Positions 40,201 to 52,500 of a DNA stretch of 64,000 bases are shown here, one piece after another. Every line of letters begins with the position of its first letter. The stretch's first letter is position 1. A program made the position numbers and the translations under genes. The stretch covers positions 496,001-560,000 of the forward strand of contig JAQGDQ010000018.1 of NCBI GenBank assembly GCA_030141605.1, given 5' to 3'. The notes under the pieces are model-generated. The model saw nothing but the letters and a program-made list of their open reading frames with translations, was not told the origin of the DNA and made no database searches. Origin of the DNA: Tubiluchus corallicola (Eukaryota; Animalia; Priapulida).

Positions 40201-43200
40201 TATTGCACTGCATAGTTTCTAGTGCAATTTGATTGTTTTGTGTTTTTGCACAGCGTGCGGTGTAATTTAAATCTGCATGATTCCATTCCTAGGTGAAAGT
40301 ATTGCACCTGTTGTAGCTGCAGGTATACCATCGGTAAAAAAATTAGAGCCAGCTCATGTTAAGAAATCAGATTCCGCTGCATCTTTACCAGATAAGGAGC
40401 GCAAAATCAAAGAAAAAAGTACAGGTTTGGTGTGCTGTTTTATGCATACTTTGTACATTATGAGTTGCAAATTTTCCGCAAAGAAATAATTTGTTTTTTG
40501 CTTTAATAATTTGAGTTTGCGCAAAATGTTTGCTTGTGCAAGTGCAGTGTCACAGATGAATCACAACTGCTTGCCTTTACAAATTTTGTTGCATTTTTTC
40601 CATTTTATCTCAAACTTTTTTGTGATTTCAAGTCATAATTATGCTGTAAGCATTTATGCAGTAAATGTTTCAGTTCTGATTCATTATGCACAATATAATT
40701 TTTATTACATTTAGTTAATAAGAGTTTGCATGTTTTGCATGTTTTATAGTTAGAAGAAGTACCTCATCTTCATATTTATATCGACCTCAGTCACCTGGTA
40801 AGAAACAACTTTTCATTTCATTTTTCTATTGAAAGCAAATATACAAAGCTTACTGTGTAAAGTGCAACAATATGTGGCCAACTCTACAGCCACTTAGGCT
40901 TCTTAAAAATGGTCTGATATTTTTTGACAAAACAGAAATAATGTTATTGCCCAGAAACATTTGTACAAAGATTGTAGTCAATGTGAATTTCAGATGCTTG
41001 AAATTTTATGACATACCTCTTTCTGTTTTTGTGTTTGTGATTTTTAGGTTGTTTTTAGCAAAATTTATTTTCATTAGATAAAGTAGCTCGAAGTAAATCT
41101 GGAAGTCGCCACGGTTCACCTGCTGTGGTTCGGCGCAATTCACCTTTGACAACTAATGCATCCACCACTAATATGGAAACAAATACAAGTAAAATTTGAG
41201 AGCTTAGTCTGGCTGCTTTTTTTGCTAACAGGCATAGCATTTTCTAAAACTGTAGCTATAATTGAAAATAATGAACTGCTAACAACTTTTGTGCACTGAT
41301 CGTATTAAAAACAAGTTTTGTATCTGTACTAACTACATTTGAAACACATCTGACATTTTGAGCTTGCATATTATGTGTGCACCCTAACATTTCTTACCTA
41401 CAAAATATTTTAAAATTTGAATATTTGGAACAATTACAGTCTTTTCATTTTGATTAACTTTAAATCTGTATTTTTTTATTTCCTTTTGTGTTGTATTAGC
41501 TATATTTATTTATTGCTTTTATTTATTGCTTATGTTTTATTTATTCAGAATTATATGTTACAGTTAATGTTCTTATAATGTGAATTAAAACAGTTTTTTG
41601 GCATGACATTATCCTTAACATAATGTGACATCAACCTATAGTTTAACCACAATGTATTGCTAATTATTGTTATTGTTAACTAAATCGTACAGCAGATTAA
41701 TCAACTCTAACAATAACAAACAACACTCAATCATTGGTGACTAGAGGTGAGCTAAAATTCTGTGTGGCCAAATATTTAGTTACGAATGCAAGTCAAGTAT
41801 GTAATTTTGGCTTGTGTACTTCTTAAGCTTCCTCACCACGCAAGGTGTCATTTGTTATTTATCGTAAAATAATTATTCAATTTTTATACAAATAGCAAAA
41901 GCAGTTTTTAACTGAACATTCAGTTACAAGAAAGCACATTTCACATTTTAATGTGGAAATATTGGGTTTCGTTCAGGGCAAAAAGCCTGGCAGATGTACA
42001 TTCAGTTTGATGCGAAACAAATGCCAGTCTTACTTCTTATTTTATGTGTTGTGTGAAGATTCAGTAACATGTATTTCTTATTTACTTTTGGTATAGTCTG
42101 ACTTACATGTGGTAGATATTTTTGTGTTTAGGTAAATTCAATATACTTTTAATATTCCAAAAAATGACTGAAAAGGCTGTTTAGTACTTAAATAACTGAT
42201 AGATTTTGTTTTTGTAGAAAAAGAGAAGAAAGCCGCTGCTGTTCGACAAGAATCTGCAGGAAAAAGTCCAGAAGTTATACCAGTCCCAAGTGACCGACCT
42301 GTTGGACTGAATATGTGTGACTTTTTACCTGTATGTTGAAAATTTAGTCAAATATTCTATAAATCAAATTTGTTAAATGAGGAGAGTGGCTATTATCTTC
42401 AGTCTTTATGTTTACCAAAATGAGTGAATGACACCAATTTACATTTAATGCTATTCTTTTTTCGGTTCTTATTTTTGCCAAGAAGTTTCCATCCCATTGA
42501 GCAAAAAATAACCTATGCAAAATAAATAATATTAAAATAATCGTTAATCTTGTTGGTTGCTTAATTCAACTGCATTTTCCCACAGAAGCAGATAAGCAGT
42601 AGTGCCAAGGCTTCGCGTTCTGTGTCTGAAGAAGAATCAATGACTGCATTAATGTCTGGTCACAATTCTATGGCAGCTGTTCTCTCAACACGACAAAAAA
42701 ATCTTCAGGTTGTACGAACTATGTGGACAAACAGGGATATTAAAGTAAGACTTATTTGCATAATTCTTCTTGTTGAGATCCTTAGAACTGTATTACATTT
42801 GTTATCAGTTTACAGAGAAAAATTTGAACAACTGTAATAATAAGGAAAGGTTACTATGTCGAACACAGGGAAGGCTATACTAGTTCGTTGCAGTTCTGTG
42901 TAATTGTTTTTGTTGAGGGGTGATACCATTGCTGTAAAGGCATTTCTAAGGTACATACACAACTTGTAACGATAGCCATTAACAAAACAGAGGAAGGCTT
43001 GTAACCCAATGCCTCTTTAACATTAGAATGATTGAGAAATTTGCCCACCTGGAAAACCAAGTGGCCAATTTTCATCTCTGCCATTTTTTAAAGAAAAAGA
43101 AAGGGAAAAACATTCTTTTTTTGTTATTAAGGTTAGTAGTATCGATTAATTAATTTGCTTGGCTAATTATTCAGACTAACTAAAAAGTTAAATACACTGA

Positions 43201-45986
43201 TTAGTTATTTGCTTTCTGTGGCCACAATAAAGCATGACAACACTTTTCTTGGAAATATCTTGTACATTCAAAAGTAATGTGAACATCTAAATAGTTACAA
43301 GTTTCTAAATAAACTGAACAGTAACCATAAGAATTATTATATTAATATCACCAGCTATTTTTTCTCGAGTTCATGTGCTGCAATTCCTGCATTTTATAAC
43401 ATTGACTTTGCTCCCAGAATGTATACCTTTCTACAAAATCAGCACGTCAAGAGCCGTCTTATTTTTGCATTTAGTAATCATATAAATGCAAGAAAGCAAT
43501 AATTAATTAAATAGTCTGAAAAAGTTTAAATCTCCACTGGAACTCGAATCCAAGTGCTGCTTTCCAGCAGCTATTATATATCATTTCATTGATTCACCAG
43601 AATCAATATTCTGCCAGTACTGCATAGCACAGGAAGTGCAGAAATACCTGGGATGTGGGCTTGCCAGTATATTTGACAACAAGCAAAAAATAAGAACAAA
43701 AAGTAACTAATGGTTTGCAGCTCTTAAATCTTACTATTACATGTATGCAATGTACTGTAACCATCATTATCTAACTGGCATGAAGTATCCTAGTTGAAAT
43801 GGGTTCATTACAATGTACCCCACAAGTAGACTAGCTGACTATAAATTTGCACAACATGTAAATGCAGATAGTGTCCATTAGTTTACCATCAGTTTGCCAA
43901 AATGAATGCAAATTTTGCTTAGTGATGAAGCAGGAATGATTGTAAACTACTGGAACAATCAAAACTGATTAAGGCATAAAGTTTGTTGTAAGTTTTGTTT
44001 CATATTAGTTTCACTTTCAATCTCAACTGACCAAAAATGTAAAGCACAAACATTTTTATCAGACAGGCACCAACATTCCAGACTCATAGCTTCTATTCGT
44101 CAATGAAGTGTGTTGTTATTGAATACAAATAGGTGTCTCCTGATGAAGTGTCATTTTTGACAACATTCTCTTCCTTCAGACGTGTAAAAAGCTGCCAGTA
44201 TGTTAGCTACTGAAATATAATCATGACAGCAGCATTATAAGGTATACGTAAATTAATAAAAAGTCATACAATGGCACTTTTCAAAGAAATTATTTGGCTC
44301 CTGGGCAAGTACTAAAATTTCAAAGTGGTCAAAAATGACTGCTCTCTCGTAGTGTTAATATATTATTTGTTTTTTCAAAAATATAATTGGAACTACTTTT
44401 AATTATAACTTTACTTAAACGTCTTATAGCTTAAGTGTCAATTTGTTATACATTTAAATTCATATCTTGCAGACTGCATTAGATACAGCAATCACAATGA
44501 GTGACCAAGCGGTGGTTGTGGATATATTGGGAATCATATGCTTACGAGAGTAAGTGTTGCTTTCGTTTCTATTCTTAACAACAGTATTATTTAAATATAG
44601 GCACTCGTAACAACAGCCCCTTAACTTTTATGTTTAGTTGCATTATCAAAAATTAGGATGCTACATGCTATGTTTTTGCCTAGCTGTAATAAATTTTTTG
44701 CATGACTAGTGGTGTTTGTAGTGCTTGTGCAACATAAGGCTGACGTCAATTCTGAATGTTTGGCACAGGTTGACCTGACACTTGACTTGTTTTAAGTAAC
44801 TTTCTAGTTAAAACTGGGCCGCTTGCCATTGACAAGTGCTTCAGTTAAATCATAGTGTGGAGTTTAGCTACCAAATCTGTCCAATTATATTTGTAAAATT
44901 TTATGTTTTTTATTGTGAAATTGTCTAAATATGCAAAGTTTTTCAAAAGTTAAGTGTTATTAAATAATTAACTAATATGTTGACGTGTTATTATTTAATT
45001 ACTTCTTGGTGTTTTTTGCAAGGAGTCACCGAAGATTTGTTAGAAAACCCTACATATTTAATATTTATAGCATTTACACTGCATATTAATTAAACTTTTA
45101 TAGTTGATGTTAAAGTTCAATTTCTCCATATTTAGATCTTGGTGGAATTTGGACCTTTGCGGCTTAATTCTGTCACAACTTCAGGATTTGTTGGAGAGCA
45201 AATATGAAAAGCAAGTACTATTACTTACATACAGTGCTATATTTCTTATTTTGTACAAAATACCGCTTTGTTTCTGTTTGTAACTGCATGATTGCCAGAA
45301 CAAGTATGCTGTTATGATAATGACAATAATATTTAGTGCTGTCGTTGTCAATAAATTATATTAATTTTTTGTTAATTTGTTGCTTTAGTTATGTGATACG
45401 CGGCTGCAATGCACTGAAGCTCATTCTAAAGAATTTTGGTTCAATAATCATGTCAAATCTAGCTGGAGGCTCTGCTATAGGAATAGATATCTCAAGAGAG
45501 GAACGGTATATCATTACATTCAGTTGCCAAGTGTAAAATGAAATAAAGATTGTGTAATGCCTCTTTACTAAATTCATTTGGGTAGTTAACCATAAAGCAT
45601 TTTTATAGTTATATAAATAAAATTTATTGTTTCTTCTGACCACTTTTTTTGTTATTGGAACTTCTCATTTGTTTGCGAATCCAGTTCATAAGGAACTAAA
45701 CCACACTTCATGCATTTTATGAATTAGTTTTTAATTAAATTATTGAAAGTAAACTACTATACATCTGTTTTTGAATCAAGTTCTTGTGGTTTTCATTATT
45801 CATGAAAATTGTTGAAGCCTGGCGAGCGCTAAGCATCTTCTCATTGTTAATTTTAGGCATAACAAGTGCAAGATCTGTTATGAGTATTTAACAAATATTA
45901 GACCAATCCTGGAGAAGAAAGCAAAGTCTGGAAAGCTTCATAATCGCTTTAAAGACTTGATAATTCTTATGGATTCTCTTGGGTGA
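31260..45986 (+). CDS. KATNB1: Katanin p80 WD40 repeat-containing subunit B1
   Basis: Exons 31260-31290, 31929-32059, 32647-32767, 33274-33416, 33728-33811, 33902-34017, 34129-34200, 34873-35023, 37323-37376, 37606-37772, 38124-38251, 38613-38672, 40293-40424, 40750-40797, 41078-41188, 42218-42330, 42586-42744, 44473-44549, 45136-45210 (GC donor), 45389-45505, 45857-45986. Protein: [31 protein letters not shown]..., [15 protein letters not shown]...[19 protein letters not shown]...PFVAPPED, and a C-terminal con80 domain ([12 protein letters not shown]...SKYENYV...DISREERHNKC). Confidence 0.97.
35190..36817 (-). mobile_element. pogo/Tigger DNA transposon with disrupted transposase, in KATNB1 intron 8
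   Basis: TA|CATTAGGTGCCACTTAATAGACTCA ... TGAGTCTATTAAGCGGCGCCTACTG|TA (22/25-bp TIR, TA TSD). Confidence 0.92.
35480..36460 (-). pseudogene. Tigger/pogo (CENP-B HTH + DDE_1) transposase pseudogene
   Basis: Frameshifted pieces: [19 protein letters not shown]...[12 protein letters not shown] (HTH), [27 protein letters not shown]...[19 protein letters not shown]...[27 protein letters not shown]. Confidence 0.9.
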
Positions 45987-47749
45987 TGTAAAATGAGTTT
46001 TGCAAACTCGTTTTTATAAACATAACATAAACATGTAGTGTTCTGGGCATTGCATGTGTCTTGTTTTGTTTAAGATTTTAATAGTATTGTTCATATAATT
46101 GTTACTGAGAGTGTTTTCTGTGATGAGAAAATTTTGAGATCTAACGCAGCAATAACTCACCAAGCACGTGAGTTACTTGTTCAAATGTTTATCTTAAATG
46201 AACTGTGATATTATTTATATGACACACGACTATTTACTCACTATGAAGTAAGAGTAGATTTTTATCACAAATCATTTTTGCATGTTGCTTAACTTGTTAA
46301 TTTGAAAAAAGTAATTAAAGAACAATTGCCTGAAGCAAAAAATTGATTAACATTGATATTATTTGGAGTTGAAAAGAAATGTATTATTATTGTAGGATTA
46401 TTTTCTGCATAATATTTCTGCAAGATATTTGCTAGTCGGACCAGAATAATGTTCACTTGATACCTTAAATAAACAGAGCCACTGATTAGACAAAGTAACA
46501 CCAGACGTCATATAATATTCTGGTGTTTATCTGTTGACACTGTTATTAAGTTCACTCAGGATTATAAAATGTTTGGTATTGTCGAACAAAGGAAAAATTG
46601 CAGCTTTTTGTGTTTTGTCCACAAAAATTGACGATTTGCAAAATTCACACTAGGTAGTATTTTGCTTGTGTATGGTCTCTTTTCATGGCAGAAGTTACAT
46701 TGCTGGGCAAGTTGTGCAAGTTGCTTGAGATGCTAAAGGTTGTCAACTGATTTAACATAGCCGTTTTTTCTTTTTTATTGAAAAAATAGACAATGAAACA
46801 TTCTTAAGAGTTTTTGTGAAAAACTGAATGTGATGTTCCTCTTTCAAATAAAATCTAGAAGAATGCTGTGTTTACTTTTTCGAGTATCTCTCAGTTATTG
46901 CCTTTCAGTTGATTGGTGATGGCCACTCATTGATGTGGAATACTCATTATAAATGACTTGGGTATGCCTTTTTGTCTCTAAAAATTCATGAAAAACTCGA
47001 TGTTGGCCAGCTAACTAATCACCATTCCATACTATGCATTTGTATGTAATTATTTTCTCATTCTGTCTGTTAATTAATTCACATTATGCAAATTAATTTA
47101 CTTTTATTCTACTTTGTTAATGCATTTGTGTTTTTTAATCAAACAATGGATAACAAAATTACTATCCTCATATCTTTTTTAAAGCTACTTTTTCATCAGA
47201 TATGGACCAAAAATTTAGAAAGTAATTGTATGCAAATTGGGTACAAATTTAATCTCGATCAGAAATATCTTAATAGGTAATACGCAGTGAAAAATTATGG
47301 TTGTGTATGTTAAACTGTCAGCTGAGGCATAGTTTATTGCCTTTGCAGGTGAAATGTATGATGTAATCTGGTGGTGCAAAGTTCATAAATAATGTAAACT
47401 ATTGATGCTAATGGATATTAGTTATTTAGAATAGTATCAGCTATACAAGTTAATTAGAAAAAAGGTTAACTAGTTACCTGTCAAAAATGGGACCAGCATT
47501 AGCTGCACTAGAGTTCATACAAAATTATTTATTCAATAACGAATACTGATTTCGTAATGTGTGAAACGTGTAAAATGTGTAAATAACTTTTGTGTATTTT
47601 CACACTTGCTTAAAACTACTAGTTTCATAAAAAACTTCATAGTAATGACCTTTAATTAATTAAACTGTTATATTTATTATTAAACTTTAGCAAAACATAT
47701 ACTGTATAATTACTGTATAAAAGGAAATATCGTACGGGATAGTTTATAA

Positions 47750-47768
47750 AATAAACTGCACTTTTATT
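47750..47768. terminator. Opposed AATAAA poly(A) signals at the junction of the convergent KATNB1 and zinc-finger gene 3' UTRs
   Basis: AATAAA on + (47750-47755) and TTTATT (47763-47768, AATAAA on -). The + strand changes from T-rich to A-rich around here. Confidence 0.4.
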
Positions 47769-47893
47769 ACCTCAGTGTTTACTATTTTTACTGCAATGTA
47801 CTGTGTAGTAGTCAATATTATTGGGTACAAATTTGGGTACAAGCTACATCAATACAAGTAAACTTACAATAATGCTTTTATGGAAAACCACAC

Positions 47894-48567
47894 ATAACAA
47901 TAACTTTCCACCAGAAAATGTACATGCAGTTTAGTGATTTAGCACCAGTCTATGCAAGCGTTAAAACAATTTACAATGAATAACTGTTTGGTTTATTGAA
48001 GGGATATGTCCTGTGTAGCAAAACAAAACCTGCAACACCATGATTAAGACCAAATACAGATTATCTAGATACCAAAATGAAAATTGTAATTAAACAAATA
48101 TATAGATATGCATTCATAAAACTAACAAGACAATTTAAAAATGCTACGCTGTAGTACACACTCTGATTATGATATGAAATACTAGTTCAGACAGAACTGA
48201 CAAAACTAAAGTAACTCCCTTGTTCACTTTATAACAATAACTTTTCACCAGAAAATGTACATGCAGTTTAGTGATTTAGCACCAGTCTATGCAAGCGTTA
48301 AAACAATTTACAATGAATAACTGTTTGGTTTATTGAAGGGATATGTCCTGTGTAGCAAAACAAAACCTGCAATACCATGATTAAGACCAAATACAGATTA
48401 TCTAGATACCAAAATGAAAATTGTAATTAAACAAATATATAGATATGCATTCGTAAAACTAACAAGACAATTTAAAAATGCTACGCAGGAGTACACACTC
48501 TGATTATGATATGAAATACTAGTTCAGACAGAACTGATAAAACTAAAGTAACTCCCTTGTTCACTTT
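47894..48567. repeat. Near-perfect 337-bp tandem duplication
   Basis: Copy 1 is 47894-48230 and copy 2 is 48231-48567; both start ataacaataacttt and end tgttcacttt, with only about 6 substitutions. Confidence 0.95.
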
Positions 48568-49529
48568 AGTATCGCTTGAGCTCATCACCATGTTTCAAAC
48601 TATACAAGAATATTCCACCACTTTTAAGTACCAAATTGAGGTTATCACTAGGACGTCAAATTATACAATAATAACTTTGCAGTGACTTCACAATAACATA
48701 AGAGCACATAAGTTGCCACTTAAGAAATAACAAGTTATACGGTCAAATATGCTTTCCTAATTACATCTAACACATAATGCTATCAGTTATCACCCACTCT
48801 GTTACATCATACTTGTAAAAATATTCAGTAATTGTAAAATTTACTGGTAGATACACAAATTGTTAATTAAAGCATCTAATTTTGAATACAGTTATGAATG
48901 TACAACAGCACCGCTGTAGCACGTTTCTAGCGCTAATCATTTTCAATTGAAAGCAACATCATTTAGTTCTAATTATAAGCAGTTAAGTGGAAAATCAAGT
49001 ATTTTTGATTGTGCAATTACTAAGCATTTTAAGCAATGCAAACAAAATAAAAATGACAGCACTCAGCTTCTAAAACTCTTTCCGCAAAATAAAGTAAAAA
49101 ACTAAACAAAATGTCACACTAAAAAATATAAACCAGCAAGAAAATGGACACTTAAAAACTAGTGTGTGTGCGCACATTTCTTCATAAAATATTCTACTTA
49201 AAAGAAAAGCATTCATGGAATGCATATACCTATGTGTTGCAAAATTGAAACAAAAACAATAATAAAATATCTCTGTTTGTTAAAACTTATAATAAATATA
49301 AACCAATTAATGAAAACACCTTTAATGTAATAATAACGATAATAGAGAGAACATCCTGTCTCCAAAATATAACAAACCATTTGACAGTAACTTAAATTAA
49401 AAAAAATGATAATTAATAGGCAGAGTTTTCACAAGTGGATTACCCTTTTAATTGGTATCAATTATCCAAATGAAAATTAAGTTTACATGGCTTTAAAACT
49501 TGTTGCCATTCACTCACTAGCACCACATT

Positions 49530-52500
49530 CTAAAAAGGGACTAAATAACTGTCATCATCATCTGTTGTAATCTTTCGCAGAGGTGGAAAAGTTACTGTAG
49601 CATTTTGATTCATCTCATTGGCTGCACAAAAAAGAGCCTCAAATTCTTCCAATCCGTAATCATCCAGTACAACTTGATTAGTAGCCATGTCACATACACT
49701 GTCTGTGACCTTCTTGTTTGTGATTTTGGGAGAATTCAGTTGCGGTAAAGCTTCTTGTCTTGTCTTGGTTGGTGAGCTATGAATATTACTGCCAATTTTC
49801 TGCTTTGACGGAGATATTAAGGACCCAAATGGTCTGTTAGTCATTCGGCCACGAACACCGGTGCTCATGGGGGTATCCCTTTTGTTCTCTATGGCTGATC
49901 GATTTGCACTCTTGTTTCTGGCTAGCAATGTATCTAGGCGATTTGGTATAAACATCTGACCAGCCTCGATGGACAAACGTTCTTTAACAGACAAGCTCTT
50001 ATTTTCTGTATACCCGTTTGATGTGTTTTTGTACTGCAGACAAGGAGTGTTACTTTGTGATTTTACTTTGCTAAGGTGAAACTCTGGAATTAAAAAACGG
50101 TAAAAATACAGTTACAGCATTGACATCTATTGAGTAGAGGCAACAACTTTCATAAGCAAAAAATTGTTTTCATTGAACACATGTATACATTGCATAAATT
50201 AAAGAAAGCAAGACCTAATTTAGATTCAACATATAGATTTTGAAAGGAGAAATATTACTTTTTCAGGAATCTCAGGAAAACTGAAATGAAAATATTAGAA
50301 AAAAAGAAAAACCTAAAATGGTGCGATAGGATATGTTCCCAGAGAATTTATCTGGATTTTCTAGTTTAGTATAATCAGTATAAATCGATAATTGCATGGC
50401 ATCTTATTGGCAGCTGGCTTGAACATCAAATGTTGTTGTACCTAGCACTAACTGTGCAAAACGTTGCAAATGTGCTCTAAAAATTGTACATTTCAACATA
50501 CTCAAAGCTCAAAGTACAACTGGAAGTCAAAGTGTTTACACAAATTAATAAGCCTTTTCACAGTTCCAGCGATTGATGATGATCATGAAAAGGTCAAAGA
50601 TTAAGTGTACCAGACAACGTATTTATGTACTTGACAATGCCTTGCAGACCATGCTATTGAAAAAGTAATTAAGAAAAGGTACGATTGCTAGCTATAGAAC
50701 CTTATCTAGTACATTTTTCTTGTTCCCAAGAAAGATTCTGCTAGTAAATCACCCTACACACAAACTAATGCATAATTAAGTAAAGTCCACGTAAAACAAC
50801 TGAAATTACTGAACTGATGAGACAGACGGCTTTGCTTTACTTACATATCATGTGACAGTTGTAGTTAGGATGCACTGCTGTGGCACACTTAACCTTTGAC
50901 CTACAGCAACAGTGCATGCGAACACGAAACTGTGAAAATGTTTATTCTTAAAGACAAGAATAGTTACAATGAATTAAAAAACCACACAAGGAAAAAGAAA
51001 CTGAACATTACACTAAAAAGGATACAGGTACATCAAAGAAAACACAGCAGCACAGTAGAAAAACACTATGCCAGTGATTTCTTACTTCTGTGTTTCTCCC
51101 TTATTTTTTGTGCTGCATTGGTGTTTTTTCTTAGTGCTTAGCTATATCATTTCTATGTAAAAACAAAAAGTGCCAAGAAAATAATTTAGTTGTGATATTC
51201 ATTTCTTGTAGTATTTTGTCTTTTACGTCCTTTTTTGTTAACCTGAAAAAGAAGTAGTAGTGCAAAACATTGTGCCCTGTCTTCGTTTTTCCTTGATTTT
51301 TTTTTTTTAATTGTAGAATTCATTGCTAAAAAGTATCACCTCCATCAGTTGATGAGTTGCTGCTAGATCTAAACAGGCCAGGTTTTTGTTCAATAAGATG
51401 ATTTGCAGCAAAATTCTTAACATTCTGTGTGTAGTGATAACGATGCTTAATTTCAGGTGTGGTCAATCTCGAAGGAAGTTGTTCCATAACTGCTGTTTCT
51501 TCAGTAGCATCAAGATTTTCTTCATCCTAAAAAGAAACCAACAGTTTCAGTATAAGTGTCACAAGCACAACACAGTAGGTTTCCAAACTCAAGCAACCAC
51601 TTATCTTGTTGTGGATACCATTAGTGCTCGGAATTTCCAAGATATGCATCGTACAAATTTGGTTATTAAAAACCATAATAAAAATTACACAGCACTGAGT
51701 CTCATAGTGTCACAATTATGTTCAGAAGTTACAAATTATCATGATAAAGCTAACAGGCTTGGTTAATTTTTTTGAGTAAGGAGATATTATAGACAAGCAG
51801 TCAATATAACCACCATGCAAAGCAGTTTTTGCCACTATTTACGACAAATTAGCTTTACTATTCATCAAATTACAATAGTTTTCTTGTACTTACATTGTAA
51901 AGAGCTTCTGTACTAGTTAGAGCACGTGCTAGTTTTTCTAGTGTGTCTCTTTCTACTAGTTCCAATTTTTTATGTTCTCTTCCTACAGTGTGTCTGTTAT
52001 AGAAACTTTCTGAGATGAAAAATTTTTTGCACAGCATGCAGTGATTCATTTCGGACACACTACATGGTTTATGTTGTTGGAGTTCATCCTGAAATAGTTA
52101 TAAAAGAATGTAGGTGAAAATATAGGTAAAACAATATCTGAAAGAATCTATATCATTCACATGTCAATGAATTATGGTAATAGCAAATAATTGCCAGATG
52201 GAGTTTACAATTCCCCACACAATTTAAACACCCTAACCCAACCCTAATCCTAATCCTAACCCTAATCTGCTTCACAGATTAATTTCTTGTGTGGGGAATT
52301 GTAAACTTTAGCCACAATGCCAAACAAGTCAACAAAATGTTGAAGTTTTGAAACAGACTACACTCACAAAAACAAATGAGCAGATAACCGGAAATCACAG
52401 ACACTACATGTATATTGAGTTTTATGCATAAAAATCTACGGTGATCATGACATTCTTTTTCACAGTTTCACCTATACTACATGACAAAACAAAACTAAAC

